NCBI RefSeq assembly: GCF_001194135.2
Contig: NC_068989.1
Location: forward strand, 56,550,595-56,607,129
DNA from: Octopus bimaculoides
Lineage: Eukaryota
Reading direction: 5' to 3'
Length of the DNA stretch: 56,535 nucleotides
Shown here: positions 48,127-56,535 of the stretch, piece after piece
Numbering within the stretch: the first letter of the stretch is position 1
Layout of the letters: the number at the start of each line of letters is the position of its first letter
Made by a program: the position numbers and the translations under genes
Notes under the pieces: model-generated
What the model saw: the letters and a program-made list of their open reading frames with translations, nothing else
Database searches by the model: none
What the model was told of the DNA's origin: nothing

Positions 48127-48420
48127 TGGAGGAGCAATGGCCCAGTGGTTAGGGCAGCGGACTCGTGGTCATAGGATCGTGGTTTCGATTCCCAGACCGG
48201 GCGTTGTGAGTGTTTATTGAGACTCCGGCAGGGGATGGTGGCGAACCCTACTGTACTCTTTCACCACGACATTCTCTCACTCTTACTTNNNNNNNNNNAC
48301 GACATTCTCTCACTCTTACTTCCTGTTTCTGTTGTGGCTGTAATTCAAAGGGTCAGCCTTGTCACACTGTGTCACGCTGAATATCCCCGAGAACTGCGTT
48401 AAGGGCATACGTGTCTGTGG
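48127..48420 (+). mobile_element. tRNA-derived SINE, family D, well-preserved head
   Basis: ggaggagcaatggcccagtggttagggcagcggactcg...ggtttcgattccc (A and B boxes). The body matches 18772-19094. Confidence 0.85.
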
Positions 48421-48673
48421 AGAATTTGTATATAGACATAGACTTGAAACTCAGTTCACCTCTGTTTCAATTTGGTTAGGTGATGCTGATAAGCCACAAA
48501 AATGGTGAAATATCAATATCCATTGCTCCTGACTGGGATTAGAGGTGAGTTGTCTCACCTGTCTATGATGTTCAGATGTTTTAACTTCTGGCATTTTGAG
48601 GGAGTCATCACCACCACACCAAACCACAGCCTACTGGCAAACAAGTAGACCAAATACATTGAGTATGTGCAGT

Positions 48674-48709
<36 letters not shown>

Positions 48710-49834
48710 NNNNNNNNNNNNNNNNNNNNNNNNNNNNNNNNNNNNNNNNNNNNNNNNNNNNNNNNNNNNNNNNNNNNNNNNNNNNNNNNNNNNNNNNNNN
48801 NNNNNNNNNNNNNNNNNNNNNNNNNNNNNNNNNNNNNNNNNNNNNNNNNNNNNNNNNNNNNNNNNNNNNNNNNNNNNNNNNNNNNNNNNNNNNNNNNNNN
48901 NNNNNNNNNNNNNNNNNNNNNNNNNNNNNNNNNNNNNNNNNNNNNNNNNNNNNNNNNNNNNNNNNNNNNNNNNNNNNNNNNNNNNNNNNNNNNNNNNNNN
49001 NNNNNNNNNNNNNNNNNNNNNNNNNNNNNNNNNNNNNNNNNNNNNNNNNNNNNNNNNNNNNNNNNNNNNATATATATATATATATATATATACACATGGC
49101 TACTGAATAAGTGTCACATATGTTTTACAGATATATATATATATATATATACACAATGGGCTTCTTTCAGTTTCCGTCTACCAAATCCACTCACAAGGCT
49201 TTGGTCGGCCTAAGGTGCCATACAGTGGGACTGAAATCCAGAACCATGTGGTTGGGAAGCAATAATGACAGAGCAAAATGTGTTTGTGCATGACGTCCAT
49301 TATTGTGACAAGAGAACTTTGACAAACCAATTAATTAGTTAATAAATTAATTATGAAGTACTGGGGGCTTTTAAAATGAATTGACAATGAAACTGGTGTC
49401 TAGGTACAAATAGTGCCTGTGTTTTATTGATAAAATATTGTTTCCAAAGTGCACCATAACCTATTTCAATAAGATTTTGCATCAAAATATCATGTAATAT
49501 AAAATAGTATAATATAATATAACATGTTATAATATAATATCACTGTATTGTTGTATTGACCAGACTACCAGATGTCATAGATATGCAACTATATGCATGA
49601 GACTACATATATAAAGCATACTAATCAGCTCATACATACATACATACATACATACATACATACATACATACATACAAACAAAAATACCCTGTTGAAATTC
49701 CAATGAAAGGGCCTTGGATCTAGGTTAGAAACCAGTTCTTTCTCTATGGGCAAGAAATCTTGAAATAAACTGAATAATGACATACATACATAGGGAGATA
49801 GAGTACATAGCTGGGTATGTATGCAGCTATATCA

Positions 49835-49862
49835 TAAGATGGAGACAGATAGATATAAATAG

Positions 49863-49917
<55 letters not shown>

Positions 49918-49946
49918 TAGACAGATAGACAGACAGACAGACAGAC

Positions 49947-49984
<38 letters not shown>

Positions 49985-50045
49985 GTAGGTAGATAAAGAA
50001 ATTTGCATACAGAGAGAGGGAGAGAGACAAATGAGATAGAGAAAA
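49835..50045. repeat. Compound (AGAT)n/(AG)n/(AGAC)n microsatellite
   Basis: Directly visible. Confidence 0.95.
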
Positions 50046-50307
50046 AAAAACTATAAGGTTTTTGTTTATTTATGTATGTAATATTTAATAAAAACTTTAT
50101 TTCTTTTCTCTATGACCAGAACAATGAAATTATTACAGGAAAATGGTGCAAAAACAAGACAGAGAGAAAGTTAGAAGGGAAGTATTAATTTCAAGTCTCA
50201 TCTAACCCTGACATGTAGTAGTGCAATTATACTACAGAATCAAGCTAATGTGTAACATTGGCCATACATATATACATTCATATATAATAAATCAATATCC
50301 ACATACA

Positions 50308-50341
<34 letters not shown>

Positions 50342-50536
50342 CATACATACATACATACATTCATACATACATATTAACAACTGACAAGTCCCTTAACCCC
50401 TTGTGGGTTGTTGGAGTGCTGCAGTCTTGCAGTGTATCTAGGGTGAAAAAGCCTAGAGAGCCCATCCGTCTCATACATATATACACATATATACACATAC
50501 ATGCACAGACACAGACACAGAAACACAGACACACAG

Positions 50537-50567
<31 letters not shown>

Positions 50568-51004
50568 CACGCACACACATAAATATATGCATGTATATAT
50601 AAATATAAATATTCATAGGCTCATGCGCATACTTATATTTAACTATCTATCTGTCTGTCTATCTATCTATCTATCTATCTATCTGTCTATGTCTGTATGT
50701 GTGTGTGTATGCACTGTTGTGGAATCTGGATTTTGGATACCTGGTGAATTTGACTGAAATCAGACAATGTAGATAACATAAGACTCAGATTGAATGCTGC
50801 AGAACGAGAAAATTGTACATTACAAGTCCAATCTGTGAGTGGAACAGTAAAAATATGCAAAACTTTTCTCAAGTTCCAAATGTGAATTTGCCTTTATTAA
50901 CTACATTCCAAAAATGGAGCCTTGTATCTTTGTTGGAAACCAGCTCCCTCCTCAGCGGAAAGATTTATAATGATTAATAAATAGAAGAGACATACATACA
51001 TACA

Positions 51005-51355
51005 GACATAAACACACCAGCATTGGTTGTCAAGCAATGCTAGGGGGACAAACACAGACACACAAACATACACACACACATATACATATATACGATGGGC
51101 TTCTTTCAGTTTCCGTCTATCAAATCCACTCACAAGGCTTTGGTCAACCTGAGGCTATAGTAGAAGGCACTTGCTCAAGGTGCCACGCAGTGGGACTGTA
51201 CCTGGAACCATGTGGCTGGTAAGCTAGCTACTTGCAACACAGCCACTCCTGCGCCTATATATATATTTATGTATTTATATTGATTAATAGCTACTTACCA
51301 CACAGCCACTCCTGTGCCTATATATATATATATTTATGTATTTATATTGATTGAT
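51005..51355 (-). mobile_element. SINE family A with a 63-bp tandem duplication of its 5' end plus flank
   Basis: agctactt...cacagccactcctgygcctatat...tttatattgatt occurs at both 51226 and 51289. Confidence 0.85.
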
Positions 51356-51899
51356 AGGTAGATAGATAGATAGATAGACAGACAAATATAGATGTGTACG
51401 TATAAATATATATGTATGAATCGTTGCTATTATGCAAGTGTCATGAGTCCAAAACATTGTTTTTCAGAAAACAAAAAAATAGTTTTACCATTCCATTTCT
51501 TTTTATGCTAGCAACAGTCTCAGCTTAACAATAATATTTTGTTGGATGCATAAGATTGTAACTCCATGCATGTGTGATATTTTCAGTCAGAAATATTTTT
51601 GCAAAACTGTCGTATGTGAGACTTTTGAAAAATGCTAAATTGTTGTACTACACTTTTGACAATTTTCATATCTTGGCATCTGAAGCAGCTGGAGATAAAA
51701 CAGTTTGACCAAATGAACTGGCTAATGCAAGCAAAATTAAATATTGAAAAAAACGCATTTGGTGAAATTTGGACATACTATAGTTTAACATAATAGCAAT
51801 GAAGTATATGTATATGTATGCATCTATTATATATCCCAGTTTCCATCATTAAGCCCGTTGTAATATATTTTTGCATGGGTGGTTGGGATTCCCTAGTAC

Positions 51900-52320
51900 C
51901 ATATGTTACCTCTTATCAAAATCTTTTGTTAGTTTGTCAGTGAAGTGTAACATCTTGAGATCAGTCTACCCCACGTCTTTAGAAGCCATCTTAGTCATCT
52001 GTTTCCTCATGTTACATTCATTTTAAGTGCTCAACATTTCTTCATACAGCTGTGAACCACCATTACTAACACAAGCCCACAGCAGTGCTGTCTTCTCTCT
52101 TACACGCTACCTTTGATTCTTCTCCATCATTCATGTAGATTAATATTACACATTCAGTGAGCATACTAGTTTCATTTCATTATAGTCCTCACAAATCTTC
52201 TGTTTTCAAAGTTCATTTCTCCCTACCATGCAGCATTGTACCTTGTGCTAAAGAATAATACAGTCTGCGCTTCAGTCTGACTGAGAAATCCTTTGTTGCC
52301 AAAAGTAGAAAAGGAATAGT
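51900..52320 (-). pseudogene. Old, heavily decayed RTE copy
   Basis: Minus-strand remnants ...LLPLLATKGF..., ...CN..., ...V*ERR...C.KKC... are collinear with the 38700-39150 copy. Confidence 0.55.
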
Positions 52321-53192
52321 TAGGAATGGTGATGATGGTTGGTGATGATGCTTTCAGCAAACAAATACATCATGAAGTACTGAGGGCTTTAAGTCTTCTG
52401 AGGTACAAGTAACCTCAATAGTGCTGGTTCCATGATAAAATGCACTTGTACACTCTGTAAATCATCATCTTCATGTTTTTTTTTTATGTCTACTTTTCCA
52501 TGCTTGTATCAGTTAAACGACAGAGTTTTCTAGCAACAAGATGCCCTTACCGTCAACAACATCCACTTCTTTCCAAGTGATGTAATAATCTCCAAGTCTA
52601 TCAAGCCTGGACAAGTGTTATGTGGAGAACTGGAAACAACTAACACCATTAGTGAACCATTGTTTACAATCAGTAAACACACATGAAGACAAGGGAAATA
52701 CAAACTCTCTCAGACAAACACATATACACACAAGATATACACATAGAAACATATACATATCTATATACACACACACACACATACATGCATACATATATAT
52801 AATATAATTGAAGATGGAATTGGTAACTACTATTATTGTTTACTTAATTCTTCAATAATGAAACTGCAAACTGCTATTATCTTTTACAAGGTATCTCCTT
52901 AATTCTTTGATCATGGAACTGCTAACCACTACTATCTTTCACTATGGATGTTACTTAAATCTCTGATGAACTGGTAATTATTAATATCCATTATTAAGGA
53001 TATTCCTTAATTCTTTCTCTCCAAAGATGGAATAAGTTGACTTACATGGAAATCTTTGCTTGAAAACATATGTTCCATATGCTCAGCTATTCTAGAAACT
53101 ATTGTAAGTGAGTTTATGCATTATTTCTTAATATTTTATTTACTTTAACTGCTCTACAATTATGTTTAAATTATAAATTACATGCTGTAAAG

Positions 53193-53542
53193 TAGGGGTT
53201 CTCATCCATTTTTTATCTATGGGCCCTTTTGATTACTATTTTATTCTGGTGGACCCCCATAGATATTTGATGTTTAGAAACTAGTTTTAGATATACGTCT
53301 TTCAAAATTCCTATTTTGTTTTTAACACATTGATTCATGTAGGTTGAACTATGTAAAATAGCAGAGCAAAAAAACCTAGCTGTTTCTTGCAACACATACC
53401 AATACATACATCTAAAACAAAAATTTTTCAGGGGCCATTATAATACTATTTTGGATTCTTAATTTACTATTTTGTTGTGTGGACCCTGAAAAATCTCATA
53501 TGGATCCTCAGGGGCCATATGGACTCCAGTTGAGAACCACTG
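53193..53542. mobile_element. hAT/Charlie-like MITE
   Basis: TIRs taggggttctca / tgagaaccactg; degenerate 8-bp TSD ctgtaaag / ctcaaaag. Confidence 0.7.
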
Positions 53543-53755
53543 CTCAAAAGTGATACCACATGTTTTGCTTGTTCTTTCTCTATGTATATATACATGTATA
53601 TACACATGTAATAGAATTTTTCTGAATTTTCAGATTTTTTTATATGCTAGGCCACTGGTTTTAAATTGATGTTAATTGAATTACTATTCAATTTATCACC
53701 CTCAGTATATAAATATAAATATATGTATATATATATGTATAAAGATTGTCATACC

Positions 53756-53795
53756 GGCCATGACGAAGGGAAATAGCCCTGAAACTCGAGTCGCC
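53756..53795 (+). ncRNA. Hammerhead motif, sibling of 26523-26567, with a 1-nt core insertion
   Basis: ggc-C(a)TGACGA-aggg-aaatag-ccct-GAAA-ctcgag-T-C-gcc, with palindromic stem III actcgagt. Confidence 0.65.
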
Positions 53796-54265
53796 TTTNN
53801 NNNNNNNNNNNNNNNNNNNNNNNNNNNNNNNNNNNNNNNNNNNNNNNNNNNNNNNNNNNNNNNNNNNNNNNNNNNNNNNNNNNNNNNNNNNNNNNNNNNN
53901 NNNNNNNNNNNNNNNNNNNNNNNNNNNNNNNNNNNNNNNTATATATATATATATATATATATATTAAACGTAAATCACGTAGGTACTATATATATATAGA
54001 ATCATGTTGCTTGAGAAGACACATCAAGTTTAGTGCAATTGTAGTTGTGGCCAGTGCTGGTGACACATAAAAGGCACTTGTGCTAGTGACACACTAGAGA
54101 CACTCATGGTGGCGAAACATTAAAGGTACCTAATACACTCTCTGGAATAGTTGGTGTTAGGAAGGGCATCCATTGTAGGCTTCTGAGTTAGCAGATATAT
54201 ATTAGAGGAAAAAGGACAACAAAAACCATATGTATACACACACACATGCATGTACATGTGTGTAG

Positions 54266-54303
<38 letters not shown>

Positions 54304-54323
54304 ATCTCAATCACAGACTTTTA

Positions 54324-55140
54324 ATTAATTTTTTTTAACTAAACAGCATGAAACTTTGAAAACTGGTAGAATTTCTCATGTAGAACATGGTTTACTGCAA
54401 ACGTTTTTAACAAAATTTCATATTTTAGAAATTATTTCATGTTAAAGATGTCGTATTTGGGTAATTTCAACCAATCAACAACGTGTATTCGGATGAAGAA
54501 AGCTACTGCTGTTTGCAATAGTAATCAAAGAGGAACAACTTCTCTACTAAATGTCACCACTCTGTTCTATTCATAATGCATGCGAAGACAATGCCACCTT
54601 TATCCTTTCTTCCTTTCTAGTCATCACCATGCATTCCTTACTCTTTCCTTCCCTTCTGCACTATCAGCTAGCAACCAGCGAGTGAACTTGTCACGGCCAC
54701 TACAATTATGTTTTACCTTCATGTTTTGATAATGTTATTTTTTTTATCTAATGAAGACTTTTATATTGACAAAATGCGTTTGTTGTTGATTATAGTAAGA
54801 TAAAATCATCACAATAACAATACATCTCATAGTTGTAAAATAAGCATTTTGAAATTTCATATACATCAACAACAAAAAAGCTAGCTGCAGACTCATGGTG
54901 ACATTTAGTAGAGATGACCCGGAAGTTGTTCCTCTTCGATTACTATCACAAACAGCAGTAGCTTTCTTCAATTGAATACGCGTCGTTGATTGGTTGAAAT
55001 TACCCAAATACAACAATTTTAACATGAAATAACTTCTAAAATATGAAATTTTGTCAAAAACGTCCGGAGTAAACCGTGTTCTATGTGAGAAATTCTACCA
55101 GTATTCAAAGTTTCAAACTATTTAGTTTTAAAAAATTAAT
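54324..55140. mobile_element. Foldback/MITE-like element with ~240-bp inverted arms
   Basis: 54324-54558 versus 54896-55140 reverse complement (gggtaatttcaaccaatcaac, aagaaagctactgctgtttg, tctctactaaatgtcacca). The right end runs into a gap. Confidence 0.85.
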
Positions 55141-55698
55141 NNNNNNNNNNNNNNNNNNNNNNNNNNNNNNNNNNNNNNNNNNNNNNNNNNNNNNNNNNNN
55201 NNNNNNNNNNNNNNNNNNNNNNNNNNNNNNNNNNNNNNNNNNNNNNNNNNNNNNNNNNNNNNNNNNNNNNNNNNNNNNNNNNNNNNNNNNNNNNNNNNNN
55301 NNNNNNNNNNNNNNNNNNNNNNNNNNNNNNNNNNNNNNNNNNNNNNNNNNNNNNNNNNNNNNNNNNNNNNNNNNNNNNNNNNNNNNNNNNNNNNNNNNNN
55401 NNNNNNNNNNNNNNNNNNNNNNNNNNNNNNNNNNNNNNNNNNNNNNNNNNNNNNNNNNNNNNNNNNNNNNNNNNNNNNNNNNNNNNNNNNNNNNNNNNNN
55501 NNNNNNNNNNNNNNNNNNNNNNNNNNNNNNNNNNNNNNNNNNNNNNNNNNNNNNNNNNNNNNNNNNNNNNNNNNNNNNNNNNNNNNNNNNNNNNNNNNNN
55601 NNNNNNNNNNNNNNNNNNNNNNNNNNNNNNNNNNNNNNNNNNNNNNNNNNNNNNNNNNNNNNNNNNNNNNNNNNNNNNNNNNNNNNNNNNNNNNNNNN

Positions 55699-55734
<36 letters not shown>

Positions 55735-55781
55735 AATGCAGACACACACTCACGCATTTACACTCACACATGCATACACAT

Positions 55782-55820
<39 letters not shown>

Positions 55821-55914
55821 GAAATAAAGTCAAGCACAGCTGTGGTCATGTGAATTCCTGATGTGAGAAGAAAAACCAACCCAGCTGTGACACCACAAGT
55901 ATATTGAATTTGTG

Positions 55915-56115
55915 GATATAGTAGTAGCAAATAGTGGCAGCAGCAGTAATTATGGTAGTGGTAGTAGTAGTAGTAGTAGTAAATATTGTACGCTATTGAT
56001 TTACCTGGAAGGAGAAGAGGAGTAGCATGGTCAAGATTTGTAACATTTACTGCTGCTACAGCAGCTACCACCACCACCACCACCACCACCACCACCACCG
56101 CCACCACCGCTGCTG

Positions 56116-56170
<55 letters not shown>

Positions 56171-56175
56171 CATGT
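55915..56175. repeat. Compound (AGT)n/(ACC)n/(ACT)n triplet repeats
   Basis: Directly visible. Confidence 0.9.
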
Positions 56176-56280
56176 CTGCCATTGTTGCAGCTGTGAAGGC
56201 TGACACTAATATATGTATGTGTTTGTGTGTATATATACATACATACATACATACATGCATACATACATACATATATATAT

Positions 56281-56535
56281 CATCATCATCATCATCATCG
56301 TTTAACGTCCGCTTTCCATGCTAGCATGGGTTGGACGATTTGACTGAGGACTGGTGAAACCGGATGGCAACACCAGGCTCCAATCGAATTTGCAGAGTTT
56401 CTACAGCTGAATGCCCTTCCTAACGCCAACCACTCAAAGAGTGTAGTGGGTGCCTTTACGTGTCACCCGCACGAAAACGGCCACGCTCGAAATGGTGTCT
56501 TTTATGTGCCACCCGCACAAGAGCCAGTCCAGGGG
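56281..56535 (-). mobile_element. Young RTE 3' end
   Basis: Reverse complement is nearly identical to 34273-34490; (CAT)n tail at 56281. Confidence 0.9.

Noticed and set aside
48127-48205. Functional tRNA gene
   Set aside because: The acceptor and anticodon arms do not close, and it continues into a SINE body found elsewhere in the window.
48266-48321. Direct repeat gacattctctcactcttactt on both sides of a 10-N gap
   Set aside because: An unmerged contig overlap (assembly artefact).
2414-56272. Long ORFs containing X runs or YI/CV/TH/poly-N repeats
   Set aside because: They are translations of N-gaps and microsatellites, not genes.

Overview
This is AT-rich eukaryotic DNA, very dense in microsatellites, from a fragmented draft assembly with more than a dozen N-gaps. 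The repeat families, compound microsatellites and TTAGGG motif suggest an octopod cephalopod (Octopus sp.); that assignment is my inference. I found no host protein-coding exon I can support, and almost all listed ORFs are microsatellite or gap artefacts. The window is a mosaic of transposon remnants: (1) two lineages of Penelope-like elements (PLEs; RT/GIY-YIG remnants plus pseudo-LTR fragments); (2) RTE-clade LINEs with a PHD-type finger inside the RT region, plus many non-autonomous copies sharing their (GAT)n tail; (3) an R4/Dong-like fragment in an (AAT)n tract; (4) at least four tRNA-derived SINE families; (5) a DD37D (maT) mariner, a Tigger/pogo end, and hAT- and piggyBac-like MITEs. 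The most interesting hidden structure is a repertoire of minimal type I hammerhead ribozyme (HHR) folds from several unrelated families. One is canonical (26523-26567), and a sibling copy shows compensatory covariation (53756-53795). One sits inside a 100-bp inverted repeat (27789-27843). One is an atypical candidate with a G3:C8 core swap plus an extra core nucleotide (46280-46330, minus). Other notable structures are a MITE carrying inward telomeric repeats, several long near-perfect hairpins, and a co-oriented SINE array chained through (AAT)n tracts. All folds were read by eye; no alignment, folding program or database search was run.
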